DNA of 64,000 bases from Clostridia bacterium (GTDB lineage Bacteria > Bacillota > Clostridia > Oscillospirales > CAG-272): NCBI GenBank assembly GCA_017396225.1, contig JAFQMP010000073.1:1897-65896 (forward strand), in the 5' to 3' direction. The notes beneath the pieces were generated by a model that was not told the DNA's origin, did no database searches, and saw only the letters and a list, made by a program, of their open reading frames with translations. Below are positions 7,616 to 17,206 of this stretch, one piece after another. The position numbers were made by a program, and so were the translations under genes. The number at the start of each line of letters is the position of its first letter. Within the stretch, counting starts at the first letter, position 1.

Positions 7616-9109
7616 ATGAAAAAATATCTGCTTTCCCTCGACCAGGGTACAACCAGCTCACGCGCCATTGTGTTTGACCTTGCAGGCAATCCTGTGGCGA
7701 AGGCCTCGCGTGAATTTACGCAATATTTTCCCCGCGAGGGTTGGGTAGAGCATGATGCCGAGGAAATTTTTGAAAGCCAACTTGCCACCGCACGCGAGGC
7801 ACTGGAGACGGCAGGACTTTCCGCCAACGATATCGCGGCAATCGGCATCACCAACCAGCGTGAAACAACCGTTGTCTGGGACAAGGAAACCGGCAAACCG
7901 ATTGCCCCTGCCATTGTTTGGCAGTGCCGCCGCACCGCAGAGCACTGTGCCAACCTGAAGGCGCGCGGTCTTGCCCCTCTGATACGCCAAAAAACAGGCC
8001 TTGCGCCTGACCCCTACTTCTCGGCGACCAAGATTGCGTGGCTGCTTGAAAACACCGCCGGAGCCGCCCAAAAAGCCCGCGAGGGCAAGCTGCTCTTTGG
8101 CACCATTGATACATGGCTCATCTGGAATCTGACCGCAGGGCGTGTACACGCAACAGACCCCTCCAACGCCTCGCGCACTATGCTTTTCAACATTCACAAA
8201 ATGACCTGGGACGAGGAGCTGCTCGTACTCTTCGGCATACCGCGCTGTATGCTCCCTGAGGTCAGGGACACCGCCTCTCTCTTTGGCGAAGCCGACCCCT
8301 CTCACCTCGGTGCCGCAATCCCGATTGCAGGTGTGGCGGGCGACCAGCAGGCAGCGCTCTTCGGTCAGTCCTGCTTCGAGACAGGTGATGTCAAGAACAC
8401 CTATGGCACAGGTGGCTTTCTCCTGATGAACACAGGCGATACGCCCATTCCCTCCAAAAACGGTCTGCTCACCACAGTGGGCTGGCGCATTGCCGGCAAA
8501 ACCACCTATGTCTTGGAGGGCTCGGTATTTATCGCAGGCGCTGCCATTCAATGGCTGCGTGACGGACTTGGGCTGCTTGCCACGGCAAGAGAAAGCGAAG
8601 CAATTGCCGCCTCGGTTCCCGACAGCGGCGGGGTTTATTTCCTGCCCGCCTTCGTCGGTCTTGGTACCCCTCACTGGGAAGCTGATGTGCGCGGCACCAT
8701 CTGCGGCATCACACGCGGCACCACGCGCGCGCATCTGGTACGTGCAACACTCGATGCGATTGCCCTGCAAACCGTCGATGTGCTTGATGCGATGCAGAGC
8801 GATACGGGGCTAAAAATTCCCTGCCTGCGCGTGGACGGCGGCGCTGCAGCCAACAACCTACTGGTGCAGCTGCAAAGCGACTACGCAAATCTACCGATTG
8901 CTCGTCCGCAATCGGTAGAAAGCACCGCCTGGGGCGCTGCCGCCCTGGCCGGACTTACTGTAGGGCTCTTTGATAGCACCTCGACGCTTGCAGGTCTTTC
9001 TGCTAAGGCAGAAACCTTCCACCCACACATGACCGCAGAAGCACGCGGGGGCGTGCGCGACGGTTGGAAGCGCGCCATTGAAAGTGCGCGCACCTTTGCA
9101 AAGAAATAA
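7616..9109 (+). CDS. glpK: glycerol kinase
   Basis: 497 aa starting MKKYLLSLDQGTTSSRAIVFD after RBS GAAAGGAG. FGGY-kinase motifs are present throughout. The track ORF start at 7502 is an upstream in-frame extension. Confidence 0.95.
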   Translation: MKKYLLSLDQGTTSSRAIVFDLAGNPVAKASREFTQYFPREGWVEHDAEEIFESQLATAREALETAGLSANDIAAIGITNQRETTVVWDKETGKPIAPAIVWQCRRTAEHCANLKARGLAPLIRQKTGLAPDPYFSATKIAWLLENTAGAAQKAREGKLLFGTIDTWLIWNLTAGRVHATDPSNASRTMLFNIHKMTWDEELLVLFGIPRCMLPEVRDTASLFGEADPSHLGAAIPIAGVAGDQQAALFGQSCFETGDVKNTYGTGGFLLMNTGDTPIPSKNGLLTTVGWRIAGKTTYVLEGSVFIAGAAIQWLRDGLGLLATARESEAIAASVPDSGGVYFLPAFVGLGTPHWEADVRGTICGITRGTTRAHLVRATLDAIALQTVDVLDAMQSDTGLKIPCLRVDGGAAANNLLVQLQSDYANLPIARPQSVESTAWGAAALAGLTVGLFDSTSTLAGLSAKAETFHPHMTAEARGGVRDGWKRAIESARTFAKK

Positions 9110-9120
9110 CTTATCTACTA

Positions 9121-9160
9121 TAAAAATCCCCATTGACGTTATGTCAATGGGGATTTTTAT
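9121..9160. terminator. bidirectional rho-independent terminator
   Basis: 12-bp stem ATCCCCATTGAC/GTCAATGGGGAT flanked by an A-run and a T-run, between convergent glpK and the ABC operon. Confidence 0.85.
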
Positions 9161-9173
9161 CATAAATTGCGGA

Positions 9174-10298
9174 TTAACCGACGATGCCGGAGCGCTCGAT
9201 ACCCTGTACCAGATATTTCTGGCAGAAGAGGTAAAGAACAATCAGCGGTGCGCTGGCCATCAGGCCGCAAGCGTAGGTAATCGCCTGCCTATACGATGCC
9301 GAGGGCGACTGTGCGGTTGCCTCCTTGAAGATAGAAACAAGAGAAGCGGGAATATTCTGCGATGCCTGAGGCAGATAGGTCATCAGCGCAGGTCTATCAG
9401 CCATGAAGAAAAGCGGAATATAGAAGTCGTCCGTCCACTGCCAGCAGAATGCAAACAGGAACACGGTAATCAGCATCGGAATCGACAGGGGCAGAATGAC
9501 CTGCACGAAGGTGCGCAGTGTATTTGCACCGTCGAGGTATGCAGATTCCTCAAGCTCATCAGGTACGCCACGGAAGAACTGACGCAGCATGAAAACATAC
9601 AAGCCGTTCTTGAAGGCCAGACCGGTCATCGACAGAAGGAAGAGCGGAATCACGCTCTTAATCGTGCTGATGCCGCCAACAAAGTTGTCGGGCAGAATGT
9701 GAATCTTCGAGAGAACCGCGTCAATACCCTCAATACCCGTACGGGCACCGCCAGCAAGGAAATTAAAGATACCGAAGATATCCAGATGCTGGAAGCGATA
9801 GAAGATTGCAGACTGCATCGTACCGTGCGGAATTGCAAGCGACAGAACCACCATAAGGAATACAAGCTTTGCACCCTTGAACTTAAACTTTGCAACACCG
9901 TAGCCGATGAGTGCACAGGAAAGCGTCTGCAGCAATGCACAACCAAGCGAAAGAGCCAGGGTAAGGAAGAAGGTCTTGAAATACCCAATGTCTACAATGA
10001 TTGATTTATAAATTGCTGCCGAAAGCCCACGAGGTACGTTTACAACGGTTGTATCCATGAAATCGGCAGGCGCCATAAAGGAACGGATAACAATCGTATA
10101 GAAGGGCTTCAGAATCACGAATGCGATACCAATCAGCAGAAGCAAGCGGAAGATATACCACAGCACGTTCTTCGCAAAGTTCACAGAAAGGTACTTGACC
10201 TTCATACGCTCTTTGAGACTGGTGCGCTCAAAGTCAACGCGAATTTTGTTTTTGGTTTCGCGCATAACCTGGGGCTTTGAATCCATATTATGTGTCAT
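9174..10298 (-). CDS. carbohydrate ABC transporter permease (MalG-like, enlarged)
   Basis: 374 aa, multi-TM, EAA loop ESAYLDGANTLRTFVQVILPLSIP. RBS GGAGG. Confidence 0.85.
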   Translation of the reverse strand: MTHNMDSKPQVMRETKNKIRVDFERTSLKERMKVKYLSVNFAKNVLWYIFRLLLLIGIAFVILKPFYTIVIRSFMAPADFMDTTVVNVPRGLSAAIYKSIIVDIGYFKTFFLTLALSLGCALLQTLSCALIGYGVAKFKFKGAKLVFLMVVLSLAIPHGTMQSAIFYRFQHLDIFGIFNFLAGGARTGIEGIDAVLSKIHILPDNFVGGISTIKSVIPLFLLSMTGLAFKNGLYVFMLRQFFRGVPDELEESAYLDGANTLRTFVQVILPLSIPMLITVFLFAFCWQWTDDFYIPLFFMADRPALMTYLPQASQNIPASLVSIFKEATAQSPSASYRQAITYACGLMASAPLIVLYLFCQKYLVQGIERSGIVG

Positions 10299-10316
10299 TG
10301 TTATATCCTCCTTTCC

Positions 10317-11285
10317 TTAGTCTCTGCGCTGATAGAAGACATATGCGGAGAAGATACCCGCTACAATGCCAACTATCACAAGTACAACGAGGAAGTACAT
10401 CCAACCCATTGCGGCACTGATGTGCTGCGAGTGTTCAACCGTACTGACGTACGTGGAGTTGATGATGCCCATAACGGTATTGGTATCGGTGGTAAAGGAG
10501 TCGATAATGGTGTAGATTGCATTTACCAGAATCATCGGGCTCACCATCGGGAAGGTAATCTTCCAGAAGGTTTCCCAAGAGGTTGCACCGTCAATCTGGC
10601 AGGACTCGTAAATTGCAGGAGAAATCGACTGCAGCGAGGCCAGGAAAATCAAAATCTGTACACCCGAGCGATTGATAATACCCGATATACTTGACACCGC
10701 CGAGGAAATGTATGTGACAAGTCCTGTACCGACACCCAAGCTGCTGAAGATTTTTGCAAGCAGGCCCTCCAGCGCCATGGTAGATGCCAGTTTGTCAGTG
10801 GCACTCTCCTCCATACCAAGGTCCATACCGTTACCCGATGCGCCATAAGAGGTTGCCATGATAGACTCCATAATACCCGTAGATACAATAACGGGCAGGA
10901 AGAAAATCGCACGGAATGCAGCGCGGCCGATCATCTTCTGGTTCAGAATAACAGCAACAAAGAGTGAGAAAATCAGGATAGCGGGAATATTAAATGCCAT
11001 TTCCTTCAAGCCGACCAGCAGAGACTGGGCGAAGTCCGCATCACCGAAGAGTGCTGTGGAATAATGCTTGAAGCCGACAAATTCCTTGGTCGTAATACCG
11101 TTATCGGTTGTGTAGTTGAAGAAGCTGAAAGAAATCGCTTCCCAGAGAATCGGCAGATAGATGAATACCAGACCGATGACAAAAGGAAGAACAAAGAGCC
11201 AACCGGCACGTGCCTTTCTTTTGTCAAGGGAGGCAATCTTTTTCTTTTTTACGGGCGCTTCAGGCGCCATTACTTCTTTAGTCAT
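10317..11285 (-). CDS. carbohydrate ABC transporter permease (MalF-like)
   Basis: 322 aa, multi-TM, EAA loop ESCQIDGATSWETFWKITFPMVSP. RBS GGGAGG. Confidence 0.85.
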   Translation of the reverse strand: MTKEVMAPEAPVKKKKIASLDKRKARAGWLFVLPFVIGLVFIYLPILWEAISFSFFNYTTDNGITTKEFVGFKHYSTALFGDADFAQSLLVGLKEMAFNIPAILIFSLFVAVILNQKMIGRAAFRAIFFLPVIVSTGIMESIMATSYGASGNGMDLGMEESATDKLASTMALEGLLAKIFSSLGVGTGLVTYISSAVSSISGIINRSGVQILIFLASLQSISPAIYESCQIDGATSWETFWKITFPMVSPMILVNAIYTIIDSFTTDTNTVMGIINSTYVSTVEHSQHISAAMGWMYFLVVLVIVGIVAGIFSAYVFYQRRD

Positions 11286-11306
11286 AAGTATTTACCTCCC
11301 TTTCTG

Positions 11307-14300
11307 TTATTTCGTGGGGTAAGTGATGACAGCGTAGCCGTATGCCTCGATATTGTAAACGATAAGCTCACCATTAACCTCAACCGTGGTGGTGATAGCG
11401 TAATCGTTAAAGTTCAGAATCAGAGACTTCACTGCGTAAGCGTCGCCATTTTCATCATAATCACCGTAGGTGACCTTGACAACATCACTGTCAACAACGT
11501 ACTTGTAGTTGTTGCTTTCCTCGGCCTCAACAGTGGTATCAGCCTTGGGAAGAACAAGCGTTGCAGTCAGTGCATTGATTGTTTCCTCAAGCTTCACATT
11601 GATGCCGTCGGTGTTAAGCGTGTACATAAAGAGCGTCAGCAGGGTTTCTACCGCAACGTTGTCGTAGCGAATATCCACATACTGCTCGTTATCACCATAC
11701 TCTCTGTAAGCAATACGGTAGAGGAACGCCTCGCGGTCTGCCACGCGGTCATACGCGATGTTGGTGTAGCCGGAGAGCACCTCATTGACAGCCTCGGGAG
11801 CGCCGTATTCCAGTGCGAGGTCGGTTGCAAGAACCTTATCTACGCTATTGATAAAGACGTCCTTGTTGGCAGCGGTCAGTGTAACCGTCTGTACACCGAT
11901 GTAGCGCGCGCGGATTGCCACGTAAATGTCAATCACCTTGGAAAGCTCAACCTTTGCAGCCTCGCAAATCGCAAGGTCCGCGCCGGTGTTGCGGAGGTAA
12001 TCATACTGTGCCTTGGTCTGCTCGAGCAGGGTGTCAATGTTCTTGTTGATAGCAGTCAGCTCAGCAACAGGACGTGCAACATAAGTCGTCAGGGCAAGGT
12101 TGAATGCCTTCTCAAGCTCCTTATTGCTCTTGTCTGCAAGATAAGCGTTCCAAGCGCTCATCAAAGCGCTGTTTTTGCTACGCTGTGCCTGAACAAGTGC
12201 ATACTGCACGTCAAATGCATCGGCATATGCCTGCATCTTTGCCTCAGCCTGGGCCATGAATGCCTCGGCTGCCTTAGTCTTTTCAATCTTCTCCTGCAGT
12301 GCAGCTGCCTGTCTTTCAGCCTCAGCAAGTGCGTCCTGCCAAAGTTCTTCTTCGTCAGGAACACGGGACGTGTTGGTGGCATCATCTCTGTTCAGGAACT
12401 CGTGGTCAATAATCAGTCTATCCTGTACATCGTGGAGCACCTCATTGAGCTCATTGTAAATCTCAACCAGACGTGCACGCCAGATGTCATAACGCACCGA
12501 GTAGTTCTGAGAAAGGAGTTCGTCCTCCTTCAAAAGCTCGGTATTGGCGTAGGAAAGAATGAAGTAAACGCCTGCACCGCTCTCCATTGCCTTCAGCATC
12601 GCGTAGGTCAGGTTGCCCTCCATATTAAGGGGCGAGCCTGCAAACTGCACGTAGCCGTGCAGAACCACGCCGACAAAGGGTACAGCGGACAGCTCCCTGA
12701 TATAGCGGTTGGAATCAAGCGGTACGTCAAGGATATAATCGGCATAGGCCCAAGTATACGCGTTGCCGCCGTCGACCATAATGTCGTAATTCTTCTCAGA
12801 GAAGTAATTCAGCGCCTCAATCGTGTAGTTCTTGGAATCCTCACGGAGCGAAACGTCCTCCTCGTCATAACTCGAGTTCAGGTCGCTGCCCATCGTGGAG
12901 AGGGAGATTGACAGATTGCCATACTTTGCATATCTCTTTTCCAGCTTTTCGTAGAAGTGGCTGAAGGTTGCGGGAGAGCGCACCATCTCAAAGTAGCTGA
13001 CAAAATCCTGTCTGGTTACCGAGTAGGTACGCTTAGTGGTATAGCGGTTATCCACCGTACGCGCACCATACTTCTTCATATTGACAGAAGATTCGGAATT
13101 CTTGGTATAAAGGAAGTCAAAATCAGGGAAAAGACCCATTTCAGGGTGCTCGACTGCATATTCAACAAGTGCCTCAAAGCCGGCCTTGCCGCCTGCAGCC
13201 TTTTCCCACTTGAGCTTATAGGGAACCTCTGAGTAAAGACCGCCGTTTGCATAACCGGTCATCTTAAACTGAACGTTGCTGATTTTCTCGCCAAGCAGAT
13301 ACTCATACATGGTCTCAATATCCTCGAAGGAGGTGAGTGCCACGGAAACGGTTACGGGAACCGACATAATCTTCTTGACGGTATCGGTACAACCAAAGGT
13401 CTCAATGTAAAGCGGGATAGACTCCTGTACATCATCTTTTGTGAGACGCTCGAAGCCCTCCTGCGTTGCGCTCAGATAATCACGGTAAGCGCAGGCCATA
13501 CCCAACCAGGAGCACTCGTAGTAGCGAGAGAGATCCGCTTGCTCAGCCTTGTTCTCATCGGAAAGAATAATGTAGCGGATTCTGTAGTCGTCGGTGTAAC
13601 GACGGCTTGCATATACGTCCCAGCCAGACTTGGAATGGTCCATCGGACGCGTGATGAAGGAGGGGATAACCGAGGTGTAGTACTTTTCGGTGTGATTGAG
13701 TGTGAGAGATGCCATTGCATCGCCCTGCTCAATGATTGCGAAATAGCCATACTGCTCTACGGTTTCACCCTTGGCGTCCTTGACGGTGGTTGCCTGGCCA
13801 AAGACAGGCATACGCATCGGCGTGGTAGCCTTTCCGGAAAGACCGGAAATCGCCGCATAGTCCGCACCGTACAGGGTCATCGTGGTCGGGTTCAGCGTGC
13901 TCAGGCTATACAGTGCGCCGGAGCCGTCAGGGAGGAAGGAATAGCCGTCATAGGTCAAACCGCCGTCAACGGGGTTACCCTCTGCGTCCTTGTTCTCGCT
14001 ACCCTTGTAGGAAGCACCCATATAGGGCAGAATCTGCAGATTGGTAATGCGGTAAAGAGTCTCATCGTAGCGCAGGCCGTTTGCGGGCAGGCTTACGGAA
14101 AGACCTGCATCACTGATCGTGTACTCAAGCGCCATACGGAATACAGGCGGCGAAATAGAATCCTCTTCATATTCAACCAGCTCGTAGTCCGCCTCCATCT
14201 GTGCGAAGGAGTACTCAGGGCAGTACTGCAGAATGTAGGACTCCAGCCTTCTCAACAGAGCGGGAGACTTGTTGGAGTCGTTATAAACGTAAAGATTGAT

Positions 14301-14996
14301 GTTCTTCTTTTCAGTTACCGGATAACCCTCAGCAACACCGGGGCCACCCTGCTCCTTCTTGGCGAAATACACCATAAAACGAGAAAGCTCATCAGAGGTA
14401 ATCTTCTTATCCTTGACGGCCTGCTCAAGCGGCGTCTTGATGTAGGTAATGAAGCTCTGCTCCTCAATTCTCATAGGCAGCAGGTAGCGAGAGGAAAGTT
14501 CACCGATAGAGTATTCCACGCGCACGCCGTTTCGAATCGGCAGCACATTAATCTGATTCTTCATCACGGCGCTGGAAAAGCTGTTCAGCGTATTGCCACT
14601 CGGCTCAGCAGCGCTCTTGTAGGAAACGATGATTTGCGACATCATCTCATCGTACTGCGCAGGCAGTGCCGTTTCCTTCTGAGAAAGGTCCCAGGGGTTC
14701 GTAAAGAGAATCTCGTCAGTCGCCTTCTTCTGATATGCAACTACTGCGGTAACAGGGTCGCAATACAGGGCATACTCTGCAGTCTCGTAGAAGAGCTCCA
14801 TTGCGTCAAGGCGGTCCTTGGCGGTTTCATAGGTCATCTGCTGGCAGTAGTATTTTGTCCACGTCTCAAGCGAGTCGGATTTCTTCGGGGGCTGAAGCTC
14901 CTCGTCGGCTGCGGAAACAACCAACACGGGGAGCATACAGGCGAGCATAACCACCGACAAAAGCGCGGACAGAAATCTTACTAAAAACTTTTTCAT
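11307..14996 (-). CDS. large secreted protein of unknown function (possibly DUF5696-type) with C-terminal coiled coil
   Basis: 1229 aa with an N-terminal signal peptide (MKKFLVRFLSALLSVVMLACMLPVLVVSAADE). Central region contains TGYANGGLYSEVPYKLKWEKAAGGKAGFEAL...GLFPDFDF. Ala/Glu/Gln-rich helical stretch encoded around 11950-12360. The family name is from memory of similar loci, not from a search. Confidence 0.6.
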   Translation of the reverse strand: MKKFLVRFLSALLSVVMLACMLPVLVVSAADEELQPPKKSDSLETWTKYYCQQMTYETAKDRLDAMELFYETAEYALYCDPVTAVVAYQKKATDEILFTNPWDLSQKETALPAQYDEMMSQIIVSYKSAAEPSGNTLNSFSSAVMKNQINVLPIRNGVRVEYSIGELSSRYLLPMRIEEQSFITYIKTPLEQAVKDKKITSDELSRFMVYFAKKEQGGPGVAEGYPVTEKKNINLYVYNDSNKSPALLRRLESYILQYCPEYSFAQMEADYELVEYEEDSISPPVFRMALEYTISDAGLSVSLPANGLRYDETLYRITNLQILPYMGASYKGSENKDAEGNPVDGGLTYDGYSFLPDGSGALYSLSTLNPTTMTLYGADYAAISGLSGKATTPMRMPVFGQATTVKDAKGETVEQYGYFAIIEQGDAMASLTLNHTEKYYTSVIPSFITRPMDHSKSGWDVYASRRYTDDYRIRYIILSDENKAEQADLSRYYECSWLGMACAYRDYLSATQEGFERLTKDDVQESIPLYIETFGCTDTVKKIMSVPVTVSVALTSFEDIETMYEYLLGEKISNVQFKMTGYANGGLYSEVPYKLKWEKAAGGKAGFEALVEYAVEHPEMGLFPDFDFLYTKNSESSVNMKKYGARTVDNRYTTKRTYSVTRQDFVSYFEMVRSPATFSHFYEKLEKRYAKYGNLSISLSTMGSDLNSSYDEEDVSLREDSKNYTIEALNYFSEKNYDIMVDGGNAYTWAYADYILDVPLDSNRYIRELSAVPFVGVVLHGYVQFAGSPLNMEGNLTYAMLKAMESGAGVYFILSYANTELLKEDELLSQNYSVRYDIWRARLVEIYNELNEVLHDVQDRLIIDHEFLNRDDATNTSRVPDEEELWQDALAEAERQAAALQEKIEKTKAAEAFMAQAEAKMQAYADAFDVQYALVQAQRSKNSALMSAWNAYLADKSNKELEKAFNLALTTYVARPVAELTAINKNIDTLLEQTKAQYDYLRNTGADLAICEAAKVELSKVIDIYVAIRARYIGVQTVTLTAANKDVFINSVDKVLATDLALEYGAPEAVNEVLSGYTNIAYDRVADREAFLYRIAYREYGDNEQYVDIRYDNVAVETLLTLFMYTLNTDGINVKLEETINALTATLVLPKADTTVEAEESNNYKYVVDSDVVKVTYGDYDENGDAYAVKSLILNFNDYAITTTVEVNGELIVYNIEAYGYAVITYPTK

Positions 14997-15019
14997 ATTC
15001 AGTTTTCTCCTTTCCGCAC

Positions 15020-17191
15020 TTACAGTCGATAGTTGATTTCAGATACGATGTTGGAAATAAAGCCAACCATGTCCATAACCAGAGAGGTAAAGAGAATACC
15101 CAGGAACATGATAAATGCCATACCGACAATCGTACAGAGAATAATCACAAGGTTCTTACCCATGGTATAGTCGTGCGTAACCATGGTACCGAAGAAGAGA
15201 AGGAAGCCCGCCCAGATAAAGCCAAGTGCAATCACCAGCTTCAGAATATCAAGCTCCTCAACCACAACGAAGTTCGAGAACAGCGTTGCGGGAACGGTGG
15301 TCAGGGTAATCGGCAGAACCGAGTAACCAACCGCCACGAAAATATCCCTGAATTTACCTTCGCCGTCAAACAGGGTGGTAAGACACCAGTTTGCAATAAC
15401 GAAGAGCAGAACGGGAACGAAGACCACGAGAACCTGCATCAGGATATTTGCCTGACCCTTGCTCTGCGGGTCCATAACATAACCGGTACCGACCGCACGG
15501 TAGAAGAGCGACAGTATCGTAATGCCCATAAAGACGAGGGCTGCGCGTACAGAGCCGCGTTTCTCGTGCTTCAAATCCCAGAAACCGTCCACAGGGTGGA
15601 AGATAACGTGGAATACATAGTAAAGCTCTTCCTTGAAGGTGCGTTTTGTCTTGGAGACCGCCACGCGCTTGTTGATCTTGCCGGCGTGCTGCAGGAATTT
15701 CACAATCACCACGCAAACAATAACAATAACAACAGGAATGAGCAGGAAGAAGCGGGACATCCACTCCTTACGCATCTCCTTATAAGCGACCGAGTAGTTC
15801 TCGGTATCGTAAGCAGCCTTGTAGTATTCAAGAGCCTCCTCGTATTTACCGCTGCGGGAGAGCGACTGACCGATACCGATGTAAGCGGCATCGTAGTTCG
15901 AGTTGCGCATCAGGATTTCCTTCCAGTCATCGATTGCAAGGTCGTACTGGCGGTCATTCTGGTGTTGCAGCGCACGAATCAGCGTATCGCCGTACTCGGT
16001 GCGCTTGAATACTGTGACGTTACCGTTGGTATCAAGCACCAGGAACACGTCCCCCTGGTAGCAAATCGCCTTCATCGTATTGAGGTCAATGTTACCAAGC
16101 TGCTGACCCTTGTCGCAAAAGGCGAAAAGCAGGTTGCCGTCGTAATCATAGGTAAAGATTTTGCTGCGTTCAACGTCGAAAATCGTCCAGGTTCCCTCAG
16201 GGCCGCACGCAACGTCCTCTACACGGGAAATGTCACTTGCCGTATCGGCTGCTTTACCACCCGTGTAATCAATTTCGCCTGCAGGCGGCCAGAAGCCGTT
16301 GCGGCGCATGATTTCGTCACCTGCGGGGTTCAGAAGCTTACAAGGGGCGTAGACGCCGGTCTTGACCTTGGTCTTGATAGCGCTTTCCATCTGCGCCTCA
16401 AGCTCGGGCGCGTAAATGGTTGCATAGATAAAACCGTTTTCGTTGATATCAATATTATTATAAGGATAGGAAACAATCTTTTCGGACTTTCTGCGCTGCT
16501 CCGCAGTCTGGAAGCGACGCCAAATCTGATCCCAGACCGACATAACGGCCTGCTGTGCACCGATGAAGGTGGTAAACTCACCCTTATCGGTCATAACAAT
16601 GATACCCTCACTGGTCTGCTTCGATACGACATAAAGTCTCTCGTACGCGTCAACAGCAAGTGCAATAGGCTCATAAATTGCATTCTCGGAGAAAAGCTCA
16701 GATTCAGGCTCTTCAATCACGGAATCAAAGCTGCCGTCGTGGTTAAAGGTAACAATACGAGCGTTTGCGGTATCGCATACAAAGATGCGACCCTTCTTAT
16801 CCTCACCGCCGACCGTACGGTCCTCGGTGACGAATACACCTTTCGGCTGCTTAAAGCTGTCAAGCAAGCCCTGGTCGTTTTCGAATGTCGAAATAACCTT
16901 TTTCACATGATAATACTTATCAAGGATAAGAATGCGATTATTATCGGTATCGGCAATGTAAACATTACCTGCCGCATCAACGACCATATCGCTTGCATTC
17001 TTCAGCGCCGTATCCAATCCCATTGAGCTTGCGTTAAGAACCTTCTCAGGCGTATATGCATCAGGAGAAAGCAGCGGCTTACCGTCAATGGAATAGGTGT
17101 AGGTCTGATATGCTTGTGCAGCTGTCGCCGGAATGGCAAAGACCATCAGGAGGGCAAACAGCACACACACGATAGATATGATTTTTTTCAT
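15020..17191 (-). CDS. NHL-repeat / TPR-like / Yip1-domain membrane protein
   Basis: 723 aa. Signal peptide, then NHL-like beta-propeller repeats (AAGNVYIADTDNNRILILD, GRIFVCDTANARIVTFN). A TPR-like segment follows (GKYEEALEYYKAAYD). C-terminal part is a multi-TM Yip1-like domain. Confidence 0.65.
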   Translation of the reverse strand: MKKIISIVCVLFALLMVFAIPATAAQAYQTYTYSIDGKPLLSPDAYTPEKVLNASSMGLDTALKNASDMVVDAAGNVYIADTDNNRILILDKYYHVKKVISTFENDQGLLDSFKQPKGVFVTEDRTVGGEDKKGRIFVCDTANARIVTFNHDGSFDSVIEEPESELFSENAIYEPIALAVDAYERLYVVSKQTSEGIIVMTDKGEFTTFIGAQQAVMSVWDQIWRRFQTAEQRRKSEKIVSYPYNNIDINENGFIYATIYAPELEAQMESAIKTKVKTGVYAPCKLLNPAGDEIMRRNGFWPPAGEIDYTGGKAADTASDISRVEDVACGPEGTWTIFDVERSKIFTYDYDGNLLFAFCDKGQQLGNIDLNTMKAICYQGDVFLVLDTNGNVTVFKRTEYGDTLIRALQHQNDRQYDLAIDDWKEILMRNSNYDAAYIGIGQSLSRSGKYEEALEYYKAAYDTENYSVAYKEMRKEWMSRFFLLIPVVIVIVCVVIVKFLQHAGKINKRVAVSKTKRTFKEELYYVFHVIFHPVDGFWDLKHEKRGSVRAALVFMGITILSLFYRAVGTGYVMDPQSKGQANILMQVLVVFVPVLLFVIANWCLTTLFDGEGKFRDIFVAVGYSVLPITLTTVPATLFSNFVVVEELDILKLVIALGFIWAGFLLFFGTMVTHDYTMGKNLVIILCTIVGMAFIMFLGILFTSLVMDMVGFISNIVSEINYRL

Positions 17192-17206
17192 GTTGTCCTC
17201 CTTTGA

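Noticed and set aside
7658-8770. 370-aa minus-strand ORF inside glpK
   Set aside because: Antisense shadow. glpK identity on the plus strand is unambiguous.
11064-17026. Plus-strand ORFs 11064..12911 (615 aa), 13539..14984 (481 aa) and 15173..17026 (617 aa)
   Set aside because: Antisense shadows of the 1229-aa and NHL-Yip1 genes. They have no RBS, are rich in His/Arg/Asn/Val runs, and would break an otherwise perfectly packed minus-strand operon.
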